A model generated the notes under the pieces. That model was given only the letters and a program-made list of their open reading frames with translations, did no database searches and had not been told where the DNA came from. The position numbers were made by a program, and so were the translations under genes. A stretch of 64,000 bases of DNA from Veleropilina oligotropha (Eukaryota), in contig JBEUKZ010000038.1 of the NCBI GenBank assembly GCA_048128005.1, positions 62,001 to 126,000 of the forward strand, written 5' to 3'. Shown here piece after piece: positions 22,571 to 34,139 of this stretch; within the stretch, counting starts at the first letter, position 1; each line of letters begins with the position of its first letter.

Positions 22571-24000
22571 TAAGGCTGTATGAATGTATCGATATTCAAC
22601 ATCGTGATGCCACTATTAACAGCATGGTTAAATACATAGTGTCGTTATCATAAGTGAGAGCTAATAATTAATCAATTGACAAATCTTTTAAATAATTTAT
22701 CGTTCCCTCCTTATCTTCATAGGTGAGGGCGTGTGTTTGAAACACATGACTGGCATTGCTAATATTCTCAAGCTTAAAGCTAATAGAGTGGGATTAGCTT
22801 TTCAGTTTCTTCTGTCGAAAAATAAGGTATAATGATTAGTATACAATTAAATTTTAAGATGGTGTGCTTGTTCATGAAAAAATAGTGTGCACGTACGTAA
22901 TAATAAACAAATCGAGATAATATGTCACTAATATTGGTATCAGTATCTCACTGTAACATATACAACATTGTATCTAAGAGCAAGATACATCTATCACTAG
23001 ATCAAGCTTTTTGTATATACGTTTCCACTAACTTTTTTAGTATTTTAATATCACATGCTGTTATGTAATCGAAGTTTGTTTTAGTTTTCTTAAGAGATAG
23101 GTTACATATGTTATGATATCAAGGAACCAACCTACTTGGATACTGCTGCATAACTACAGATGACTGCTAAATCGTTAAAAATGTGGTCGTAAAACTAAGA
23201 CTAATTCATATCACATTACGTCACTTGAATTGATATATATATATAGTCTCTCAAGGTGCCACTTTTAAGTGTTGTATTTAAAAACTGTTTAATTACTATA
23301 GCTAAATGATCCCTAAAGAATTAGCCAGTGCACATTATAACAGACACCATTGGTAATATATTTACATTCCTACACTAACACCATGCTGATGTCAGTAAAT
23401 TCAAAGTATTTCATAGTGGACGAGTAAGCAATATTTCTAAACCATTATAAATCATTCTTTGCATTTAGTCTGCTATGTGTTGTATGTGTTGAAGTTGTTT
23501 TTTGAAAACTCAACTCCTTCCTTTCTTTATTTTTGAATTTAATTGCAGAAGTAAATTAGTTTCTGTTGATTGAATGCCAAGGGTTAGCCATTTAGTTATT
23601 TTTTTATTGGAGTTTCATCTACTTTATGAGACATTGCAATGTCCATAGCACTAGTGCATACGCTGGTAACCTTATACATGTACAATTCCTGTGCTAATCT
23701 CTCTCTCTGGCTTCATAAACAATAGTGATGTACCAGTATACCCACGCTGTAGGATGAACTATTTCACAGTGGATGATGGGTGGAGCCAGGTCAGTTCCAA
23801 ATTAGTTACTGGTTCAGTTTATTTGGTATTACTTGACAGATGCCATTCAGATTGCTGCCCGATATCATGGAATTGAATACTTTAATCTTTTTCGCCCCCT
23901 CCATCTATTCCAGGGCAGTTTATGTTCTCCATCCATTTGCTGCTGATTATATCTGTACTAGAGATTTGCTTTTAGGTCTACTGCCTGTGTGAATGCTGTT

Positions 24001-25329
24001 TTTGTTATACCCCGCCACATTAATGTGGCGACTGGTATTATGTTATACCTTCGGTCGTCCGTCTGTCTGTCCGTCCGTCCGTCCATGGTTTCCCTCAATT
24101 ATCTTGAGAACCTCACATCAGATGTTATTCAAATCTTGTGATTATGTTGAAAACGATAACGCGGAGGTCAAGTTCGATATGAGCAAAATTTCAACAAATA
24201 TTACCTGAGCTGTCCCTCATTTTCGACATGAAAATTTGGTTCTTCAGAACCGTGCATCAGATCTTGTTAAAATCTTAATACTGTGTTGAAAATAATAGCT
24301 CAGAGGTCAAGTTCGATTTCAGAAGAATTTCGACAAATATCAGAGTTATCCCCCTTTTTTGGCATAAATTCGGTTTCCGTCAATTATCTTCAGAACCGCG
24401 CGTCGGATGATGTTCAAATCTTATCACTGTATTGCAAATAATAGCTCGGATGTCAAGTTCGATTTCAGCAGAATTTTGAGAAATAGTACCGGATTTATCC
24501 CCAGTTTTCGATATGAAATTTGGTTTCCGTCATTATCTTCACAACCGTGCATCGGATGCTGTTCAAATCTCATGACGATGTTGCACATAATAGCTTCTAG
24601 GTCAAGTTCGAATTAAGCAGAATTTTGACAAATATTACCAGAGTTATCCCCCTTTTCGACAAATTTGGTTTCCGTCAATTATCTTCAGAATCGCGAATCG
24701 TATGTTCTTCAAATCTTATGACTGTCTTGGAAATAATACCTCTGAGGTCTATTTCGATTTCAACAGAATTTCGACAAATATTACCACAGTTATCCCCCAT
24801 TTACGACAATAAATTGGTTTCCGACAGTTATGTTCACAAACGTGCTTCGGATGTTCTTCAAATCTTATGAGTGTGTTGCTAATAATAACTCTATTTCAGT
24901 GAATTTAGACAAGTATTACTAGAGTTATCCCCCCTTTTTCGCCATAAAAATTTAGTTTCCATCAATTATCGTCAGAACCACGCATCGGATGTTGTTCAAA
25001 TCTTATGACTGTGTTGCAAATAATACCTCGGAGGTTAAGTTCGATTTTGTCACAATTTCGATTAATATTTGCACAGTTATCTCCCATTTTTGACTTGAAC
25101 ATTTAGTTTCTGTCAATTATCTTCTGAACAGCACATCGGATGTCGTTCAAATCTTATGACTGTAAGTAATAGCTTGGAGGTCAAGTTCGATTCTGCCAGA
25201 ATTCCGACAAATATTTCCGCAGTTGTCCATCTTTTTCGACAAACATTTAAGTTTCCTTCACTCGTCCACAGTTGTCCCCCTTAATACAGGCGGGGTATAA
25301 TGTAATGTACCATTATTGTGCTCTCGTTA
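24001..25329 (+). mobile_element. HINE/pearl-like element with about eight ~145-bp tandem units
   Basis: subTIRs ttataccccgcc (24005) / ggcggggtataa (25289); (gtcc/gtct)n at 24054-24084; 'ttcaaatcttatgactgtg...aggtcaagttcgatt' units. Confidence 0.85.
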
Positions 25330-25577
25330 ACATGCTGCATTCAGATTGTCCAGTCTAGGGTCAATAATACATCTGATTTTAAGGGTTATACATTATTAAC
25401 ATGTAATAAAAGTATCAATGTGGATTCTACGTATACTTCTATTCTCATTCATGTTTCTTGATCAAAGTTAAATTATTTCTAATAAAGAAAGCTAATTGCT
25501 CTGCATAAAGAATTTTAAACCATTGTATTTGTGATTTATTCATGTCATAATACAATTATGGAATACCTTTTGTGAAG

Positions 25578-25696
25578 GGCCGCTTCGGCAGCGCAGTGGG
25601 TAGACTGTCCACTCTAAATTCACTGGCTTGATTCCGCTAATGCGAACAGTAGTGGGTTCAATACCTGGCTGAGGCATTGAAATTTGTTCAAGTTAT
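25578..25696 (+). mobile_element. Family-1 SINE, 5' half (split by hAT insertion)
   Basis: ggccgcttcggcagcgcagtgg...ggttcaatacc...ttgttcaagttat; continues at 31533; SINE TSD ccttttgtgaa (25566) / ccttttgcgaa (31683). Confidence 0.9.
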
Positions 25697-25964
25697 CAGG
25701 CATGTGAACTGTCACGAATTTTCGTGATTGTCACGAATTCAGGGGTCCAAAATTGACGTTTCCCGAATTCACGAAAACGTATAAAAATATCACGAATTCC
25801 GATATTTTTAGAAATCAAGATTTCTTAGCATGAAAACAGTGCATTTCTGAGCAAATACTTTTATTTCTTCATTAATTGACTCGAAATGATTGATCACCAC
25901 TAACGGTCACGTACCCCAGTGCAACACGTGTTAACAGCTCAAGTTTCCGTGTCGGGTTTATCGC

Positions 25965-27310
25965 TTATTAACCCCAGCTTAAAAAAAAGCTGGGGTTATT
26001 GTCATCGCCCGAGGCGGGCGGGCGGGCGGACGGACGGGCGGCTCATGTTGTCCGGCCTATATCTCGGCTACCAAACATGTTACCTTGATTTCATATGGTA
26101 TGCTAACTACCCTTATCATACGCTAGTGCATGACGGCGAAATTTCACGTGAATGACCTTTGACCTTGCGGCAATGACCTTTGACCCTTAAATTTTGTCCG
26201 GGCCGGTTCTCGGAGACCAAACATGTTAGCCTTCTAATTTTTTTAGATGTGTTCCCTATACTTAAAACCTGTGCATGGCAGTAAAATTTTGATCATTTGA
26301 CCTTTGACCTCTGCGTAGTGACCTTCACAAATTTTCTATATTTAGATTTATTTTTATTTTTCGTAATTGTTTTATTTTTCGGGGCCCAACTATTCCTTTA
26401 GGGTTAGTACATCATATAACAAATACGAAAAATGGCCTTTGGTCAAAGGTCAAGGTCACAGAGGTCAAAATATACTCACAATTTTCAATGTTGTCCGGCC
26501 TATTTCTCGGCTACCAAACATGTTACCTTGATTTCATGTGGTATGCTAACTACCCTTGTCATACGCTAGTGCATGGTGGCGAAATTTCACGTGAATGACC
26601 TTTGACCTTGCGACAATGACCGTTGACCCTTAAATTTTGTCCGGGCCGGTTCTCGGAGACCAAACATGTTAGCCTTCTCATTTTTTCTTATATGTGTTGC
26701 CTATACGTCAAACCTGTGCATGGAAGTACAATTTTGATCATTTGACCTTTGACCTCTGCGTAGTGACCTTCACAAATTTTCTATATTTAGATTTTTTTAA
26801 TTTTTCGTAATTTTTTAATTTTTCGGGGCCAAACTATTCCTTTAGGGTTAGTACATCATATAACAAATACGAAAAATGGCCTTTCGTCAAAGGTCAAGGT
26901 AACAGAGGTCAAAATATATTCGCAATTTGCAATGTTGTCCAGTCGATATCTCGGCTACCAAACATGTTACCTTGATTTCATATGGTATGCTAACTACCCT
27001 ATCATACGCTAGGCCATGGTGGCGAAATTTCATGTGAATGACCTTTGACATTGCAGCAATGACCTTTGACCCTTAAATTTTGTCCGGGCCGGTAATGGCC
27101 TTTGGTCAAAGGTCAAGGTCACAGAGGTCTAAATATACTCACAAATTTTTCTTTCTTTTAAATTATTTTTTCATCCGAACTTCTTCATTATGGACAGTTA
27201 GCACAGTGTTTAGCCAAGGGCTACTGGCAAGGTCAAGATCACAGATTTTATATGGCAGTCTGATTGCTATATAAGGCTGGGGTTCCTGATAGCCGGGCGG
27301 CTGTCTATTT
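25965..27310 (+). mobile_element. HINE-like element with ~443-bp tandem units, nested in hAT
   Basis: subTIRs aaccccagc / gctggggtt; (ggcg/gacg)n; units start at about 26045, 26488 and 26932 and are rich in tgacct; 3' hairpin gatagccg-ggcggctgtc. Confidence 0.8.
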
Positions 27311-27462
27311 TATCCCGCTGTTATGTCGCGAGTTGCAAAAATCGACACCACGCCGCCATTGTTAATTCGTTTTCCGGGAGAGGCTCATGGTAATTAATTA
27401 GGAATTTGGTTCAATGAAAGACTAGTAACAATGATAACATTGTAGTTTCTTTAGGATAAGCG

Positions 27463-30368
27463 TTTTATTAGGCCCCGCAGGGAGGCCTATAGTGATCACC
27501 TTTTCCGTCCGTCCGTCCGTCCTTCCGTCCGTCCTTCCGTCCGTCCGACATGCACATTCTTTCATTTGCTCAATCTTAAGGTTAAGGTCCCAGGTCAAAG
27601 TTTCTGCACAATCTGCTGATTTAGCAAAGTATAACTAATAGACAATAAATAAAGAAGAGTAGGTACTCAACTACTATTAATAGGCGTTACTTAATGGAAT
27701 TTGATTCAAATTACCTTGGTTAAGGTTCCATTGGGATTAATTATTATTTTTAAATATAAACATAACTTTGGTGAAAGTCGATCACTTTGTCTCTCTGTCA
27801 GACTTGCTCTAGGCTTGTAGTGTATGCTACAGGCACAGTAAGCAGTGAGACTTAAGGTGATAGTTTATGAGGTTATATACTTGTATATAGCTTCCCTGTT
27901 CGGAATATCCAACAGCTTCTTTGATCATGCTATGATGTCGATCAAGAGTAAACTATCCCATGATCAGTGAATGTCCCAGGTTAATGTTTCATATGCTCAA
28001 TCTTAAGGTTAAGATCACAGTAGAGTTTCCTTTGCCCAATCTTCTGATAAGATCCCAGGTTAAAGATTCATTTGCCCAATCTTCAGGTTAAGGTCCCAGG
28101 TCAAAGTTTCTACTTGTTTGATTTCTGAAGTTTTGCGTTTGGCTCTGTTTCTCAAAAGTATAAGATCTAGATCAAAATAACTATAGATGCTTCAAGGGTA
28201 CTGATGCTAAATGAATGCTTCGGATGCTGTATATTAGTATATAACATATATTATATGGTACAATGACTTTGTCATCATAGTAATCATTAAATCTGTGTTA
28301 AGATTTTGCTTTGTTTCCATATATCTTTTCACTCGAGCATCAGTTCAACTTCAAACTTCACATGTGCAAACCTTATGAGCTGAAAAAAGTGCATACATAT
28401 TTTTTTTAAATAATAATAAATTAAAAAAAAAAAAAAAATCTTTTTTATATATCAAAAAGGTTCATGAATGATTTTCATCATGTCTGTAGCAGTTATTCTG
28501 AAAAAATTAATTATGCCTTAAAGTATTTAAGATAGAAATAATGGTAATTTTTGAAGAGTTATTAAATTTATTTTGTTTATTTATCTAAATGTTATGTGTG
28601 TATGATGAAAGGGACATGTGCTTATCTGTAAGACTTGCTCACTGCCAATAGGCAAAGTAAGCTGTTAAGCTTAATGGTCACTCTGTGAAGCCGATATTAT
28701 CAAAATCTGATGTATTTTGAAAACTGCATGGCTTCGCCCTTGGTTTATTCCATGGGTATCTTGATTTGGCAGTATATATGGCCATTAAAAGATCAGAATG
28801 TATACAGTGTCTATTATCATTCTCCTCAATTGATCAAGGTTAGCTAATGCATCCCGAACAATAGAATACACTGTAGCCTCGGTATAACGCGCCTCGATAT
28901 ACCGCGATATCGGTTATAACGCGAGGCAGATCATGGCTCCCAAAATTTTATACCATATATACCTACTTTCTATAAAATGAGTCGGTTTCATGATAATTTT
29001 AGCAAATTAAGGAACCATTTTACAAATTGCAAAACGAAATCGATACTTTTATTAAAATTAAAATCTACCTTGATTCATCTTGATTGTAAATGATTCTTTT
29101 AAGTTTATTCATACATCATTGTCTTGTTAACTTAATCCCTTTACACACGGAAACAATGGAAAGTAAGTTTGTTGACTCTGAAACATGGCCGACGGCTTGG
29201 GTCTACGGTCGCTTAGGACAATGACAAATTTACTTGCTAATAAATATTTTATTACACTTGTTGTTTTGTAAACAAATATGAAATAAACATTGATGTTTTA
29301 AGCGTTGTATGATCAAGTTTCTTTTATGGATATGATTTACGATTAGTAAATCAAATGAATGAATGATATCACGTGATTGAAAATTTCGCTTAGAACAAAG
29401 ACAAACTGTTAACGATTAGTAAATCACATTACTGAATGATATCACGTGATAGAAAATTTATTGTATTCCCGTTGTAAATGACATCTACATGTATATTAAT
29501 TACAAATATCATTACATTATTTTAATTTCGCTTATTTTTTAAATGCAATGCCCTCCGCATTTTACATATTTGTCGGCAGCTCATTTATAACGCAACGACC
29601 TCTGAACTCCATGGATAAACAAAACAACACCCCAAAGATTTCACACGCACCACGTGATATTCCTAGTCACAGAAGAGCGAGCGGCTATTGATCAGTGCAA
29701 AACAAAAGAAACGATTAAATGCACTTGCAGCTTAATTGGGTTACTATGAACATGAACTACATTTCACCACCGTATAATACGCTATGAACATAACAGACAA
29801 CAAAGCTTTTATTGCAGATTTAAATTAAAACACATGTTGAAACAATCGGAGTTACATTTATAAAATTTCCCCGTCAGACAGGTAAATATATATAAACTAT
29901 ATATATATATATATATAACATTTCAAAATAGCTATAATAAATGTTATATTTCCTGCATTCATCATTTTATTTATTTTCCTCTCATATACACATTACAATG
30001 ACATTAGCATATTCATGACAGCTTTTCAATAGACAATATTCGTATACCGCGGATCGGTTATAACGCGGTGCGTGTCCACTTGGACCCCAATACCCGCGTT
30101 ATACCGAGGCTACAGTGTACTGTAGTCGATTCATCGTTTAGTCATTTAGATTTCTTGTGCGCACAGTACAGTCAACAGTTCTGAACAGATTTCATTCAAA
30201 TTTGATATGCGCATTTATGAAGTTTGATGAGGAAACGATGCTGAGTGTTTACATAAAGTTTCTTTGATCAATGATGTTTGTCGCTTTCCTCTTTTCACAA
30301 TTTTTATCGTGTTGGTGATCGCTAAAGCGGGGCCTCTGTGATGGTGTTCCATCACTTTTTATCTAGTT
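27463..30368 (+). mobile_element. HINE-like element nested in hAT
   Basis: subTIRs aggccccgc (27470) / gcggggcct (30327); (ccgt)n at 27504-27547; 3' hairpin gtgatgg-tgtt-ccatcac; ctagtt end. Confidence 0.8.
28869..30117. mobile_element. Tc1/mariner (pogo-like) non-autonomous element
   Basis: 23-bp perfect TIRs cactgtagcctcggtataacgcg / cgcgttataccgaggctacagtg; TA TSD; subterminal ggttataacgcg repeats. Confidence 0.85.
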
Positions 30369-30594
30369 TCCCATGTTCATTTTAATGAAATTTAATGAAG
30401 TATAATTTATCTCACTAATTGCGTCACGACATCGGCTACTTCCGTAACTTCAAAGCACGAGTGGTAATCTAGAGATAATAGCGTTATCAGGTTTGTTTCC
30501 TGTGTGCGGGTATAAATATGGTAAGTACTAGACATTCGGCACATTTCAATTTGCGAAAGCAAGAAATAGTACACCGTTTTCACAAATTTAAAGT

Positions 30595-31281
30595 ATGCCG
30601 AAAAGAGCGAGATCGCCAGATAGGGAACTTACTCCAAAGACGAAGAGAGTAAAACGTCAAACGCATTTCCAGGCTAGTTGGATCGGGGAATTCGGATCCC
30701 TTATTAGAAAAAGTTCAAAGGGCGAGTACCATTCCTTTTGTACTGTGTGTTCAACTGATATATCCATTGGACATTCGGGTATTTTTGACATAAAGACGCA
30801 CTTTCGTTCGGATAAACACAAGCGCCTGGAAGCTGCAAGACTATCGACACCGAAGATTGAACGCATCTTTCCTACGAAAACTGCCGATCCTACCATCAAC
30901 AGTGAGGTCCTATTTACGAACTGGCTGGTGGAAAACAATATCCCATTTCTCGCTTCCGACAGTTTTACGAAAGTTGTGAAAAAAATGTTTCCTAATTGAG
31001 ATGCTGCACAGAAATTTAGTTGTATGCGGACAAAAACAGCAAACATTGTTACTCAAGCTCTGGCCCCACAATTAAACGATATTGTGACCGACTTATGCAG
31101 GAAAGAGAAATTTGGAATAATGATTGACGAATCGAATGATAAAGGAGATGAAAAGTGTGTAGCCATTCTTGTACGAGTCTTGAACAGAGAGTCCAGAACA
31201 ATCGCAACATATTTTCTTGATATGCCGATTTGCAACATTGGAACTGGTGCAAATTTATTTCATGAAACAAAAAAGACATGA
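30595..31281 (+). pseudogene. hAT transposase N-terminal remnant (BED-like zinc finger, first catalytic D region)
   Basis: FQASW...CTVC...GHSG..DIKTH..SDKH; ENNIPF; C.RTK; FGIMIDES. Two ORFs in the same frame are separated by TGA at 30997, then truncated. Confidence 0.85.
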
Positions 31282-31532
31282 ACATTATGAACAATCATAC
31301 CATAAAGTGCTCTACATCACAATATTATACATTTTTATACTGAACTGTTTTTATTTGCTTGTTTATTAAATATTTGCAACCAATACATTGTTGATTTTTC
31401 ATTATGTATGAAGAAACATGGAAAATTATGTCGCGAAATGGGTCGATAAAAATGGTCCCTAATTTTGGGTCCAATTCACTAATTTTGATCTGAGATGTCC
31501 CTAATTTTGATTTCAAAAGGTTCACATGCCTG

Positions 31533-31682
31533 AGTTATGAATCACAGTTGTCCGTGACTGGCCGAAGAGGGCGGGTTTACCCGGGCGACCGGGGTTTCCT
31601 CTCGCGATAACACGGACATGTCCTGCCTTGAACCTCGATGGTGTAAATATACAGGACATTAAGCTTAATTCCTCCCTCCCTC
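31533..31682 (+). mobile_element. Family-1 SINE, 3' half
   Basis: agttatgaatcacagttgtccgtgactggccgaagagggcggg...ggacattaagc plus (cctc)n tail. Confidence 0.9.
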
Positions 31683-32306
31683 CCTTTTGCGAAAATCAGA
31701 TGAATTTATGTTCAAATAATGCAATTCTGCTCTCGTAGTTAATCAGTTAAGAAATGTCTACGGTGAAATTAAATGATGATGTGCGATGGATAAGGTGAAT
31801 GACTCTCCATCTTGGATGTCATGGAAGTCCAATTTTTTCACAGTGAAAGAAGTATTTATAGTTATATAATCCTTTTTGTGCTAATGAAACCTGCGACCGG
31901 CACATATATATGTAATGGGGTAGATCAAGTTGAAATATTGATAATTTGTAGATGGATACTACCTCCAGAATTGACACCGACTCGTTTCTACATCAAAAAT
32001 TATGCTCACCTTATGTAACTGGTTGTGATTTTTAATGGAGAAAACTATCTGTTTTATGTCAACTTTGGAATTATGGATAGTGTGGAAGCATAAATGTGGT
32101 CAAAGTATAATGGGCGGCGAACAATCGCCATGACTTAGTTGGAACTACTTGTTTTCATTGACTCGATGCAGCGAGGCTTATTTGTTTTTATGCTTCTCTC
32201 AACGCTTATACGTACATATATATAAATATACATACATGTATATAATATATAAATTTGCATGTTCATCAGCATTAATGATCATTAGAGCATTGCCTTTTCT
32301 TTCCAG

Positions 32307-32429
32307 ATGTAAACGAATGTGGAAATAACAATGGGGGGTGCGAGTCTAACTGCTGCAACACGATTGGCTCATTTTACTGCAAATGCCCACAAGGCTTTCA
32401 GTTATCGGAAGAAACAAAGAGATGTGAAG
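32307..32429 (+). CDS. MEGF6: Exon: calcium-binding EGF domain of a MEGF6/EGFEM1-like protein
   Basis: ccttttctttccag| ... |gtatgt; 123 bp, phase 1-1; DVNECGNNNGGCESNCCNTIGSFYCKCPQGFQLSEETKRCE. The CCNTIGS motif is recalled from the MEGF6/EGFEM1 family, so the symbol is tentative. Confidence 0.85.
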
Positions 32430-32444
32430 GTATGTTTGTCCGCA

Positions 32445-33090
32445 GAGATTTCTTGTGTGCGCTCTAAAGTGAAAGGTTCTAATCTGATTTGATTCAAATT
32501 TGGTATGCACGTTAGTTAAGATGAGGACACGCCACCTAACGATTTTCGTCGTTTTCAGATCCAAGATGGCTGCCATGAGAGATTTTCTGTGTGCGCTCTA
32601 CAGTGAAAAGTTATTCATATTTGGTATACTCATTCGATATGATGAGTAAATGCCGCCTAAAGATTTTCATCGTTTTCGAATACAAGATGCTGCCATGGTG
32701 GCCATTTTGTTTGACGAGATTTCTTGTGCACGCCCTACAGTGAAAAGTTATTATCTGATTTGATTCAAATTTGGTATGCATGTTAGTTATCATGAGGACA
32801 CACCACCTAACGATTTTCGACATTTTCGGATTCAAGATGTTCGCTGTGGCGGCCATTTTATTTGAAGAGATTTCTTTTGCGCGCTCTACAGTGAAAAGTT
32901 ATTTTCCGATTTGATTCAACTAACACGTTAGTTATGGTGAGGACACGCCGTCTAACGATTTCCGTTTGTTTTTGGATCCAAGATGGTCGTCGCGGCACCC
33001 ATTTTATTTGAAGATATTTCTTTTGCGCGATCTACTGTGAAAAGTTCTAATCAGATTTGATTCAAATTTGGTATGATGAGGACACGGTGC
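32445..33090 (+). repeat. Intronic ~150-bp tandem array, same family as 3890-5510
   Basis: Repeated 'gctctacagtgaaaagtt...ttcaaatttggtatgc...gaggacacgccacctaacgattttcg'. Confidence 0.85.
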
Positions 33091-33311
33091 CTATTATTTT
33101 TGCTACCCTCCCTCGACATGCTGGGTCGAGTATTCACTAGTTATATGTCAGAGTTTAAGACTACAAAATTGATCAAATTAATACATCTTGTTGTCCTCGT
33201 TATAAGTAAGCCGTTGAGGGCGACCAAAACTTTGCGGCTGCTCTTATAATAACTACGCCAACAATAAAAGGTAGTTGTTTGAATTCGCATGATTTCTTTA
33301 TTGTTCTGCAG

Positions 33312-33434
33312 ATATTGATGAATGTGAAGATGGTAAAGGCGGCTGCCAGTATAAATGTCGCAACACTCACGGCGGATACAGCTGCGAGTGTCCCCAAGGT
33401 CAAAGGTTACACGCTGATGGCCGTACATGCATTC
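33312..33434 (+). CDS. MEGF6: Exon: second calcium-binding EGF domain of the MEGF6/EGFEM1-like gene
   Basis: ttgttctgcag| ... |gtaagt; 123 bp, phase 1-1; DIDECEDGKGGCQYKCRNTHGGYSCECPQGQRLHADGRTCI. Confidence 0.88.
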
Positions 33435-33704
33435 GTAAGTACCGACGCCAGTTAATATTCTTTGATTTATAAATAATCCATCAATACTGGAATCTGATTG
33501 GCTAACATTCAATCAGCCTACAATTATTTCTCCTGGATTTTTGTTACACACTATTACAAAGTTTTGGAACACAAATATCAAATTAATTAAAATATCATAA
33601 TCTTTGATAGACACACATGTACAGACTTTGTTTCATAAAAATGTTCCAAACATTATCCTAATTTTGCTGACAGGTATACCAAGACTCATCATGTTCAAAG
33701 ACTT

Positions 33705-34139
33705 AACAAGAACGACGCGTTCGAAATATGTCTTGACCTTTCTTTATTTCCCTCAAATTTTCATAACAGTTAATACAATGGCTAAGTGCAAGTACTTCAT
33801 GGCTTAAATTACTACCCCGTCGAATGTGACGTCACCAAATGACGATTAATCTAAAGCGACGTCATAATGACGTCATTGCTATTTGCTTGCAATGTTAGAC
33901 ATCAGTTACATACGAATATGGATTAAAGTGCTCAATAAATGCATATTTTTGCAAAATTGTGTCGCGAAAGTTATATACATGACCTACAAATACTCTTGGG
34001 AATGTGTGTACCAATTTTGGTGAACATTGACCTGGTAGTTTTCAAATAAATCGACGGATATATATATATATATGTATATACACACGGACCATTTGATAAT
34101 GTCTTGTCCTTTTTTACAAAAAGGTCAAGACATAAAAAT
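33705..34139 (-). mobile_element. Short HINE-like element
   Basis: subTIRs tgtcttgacc (~33729) / ggtcaagaca (~34122); 5' hairpin tgtcttgtcctttttacaaaaaggtcaagaca; microsatellite at 34059-34088. Confidence 0.65.

Larger units (their letters stand above)
25697..31532 (+). mobile_element. Internally deleted hAT DNA transposon with 6-bp TSD
   Basis: Perfect TIRs caggcatgtgaac / gttcacatgcctg; TSD agttat (25691-25696, 31533-31538); subterminal cacgaatt repeats; transposase remnant at 30595-31281. Confidence 0.9.

Noticed and set aside
23728..23790. Possible upstream exon (ag|tgatgtacc...gagccag|gtcagt)
   Set aside because: Splice-like signals are present but the peptide has no recognisable EMI/EGF pattern; it cannot be supported without RNA data.
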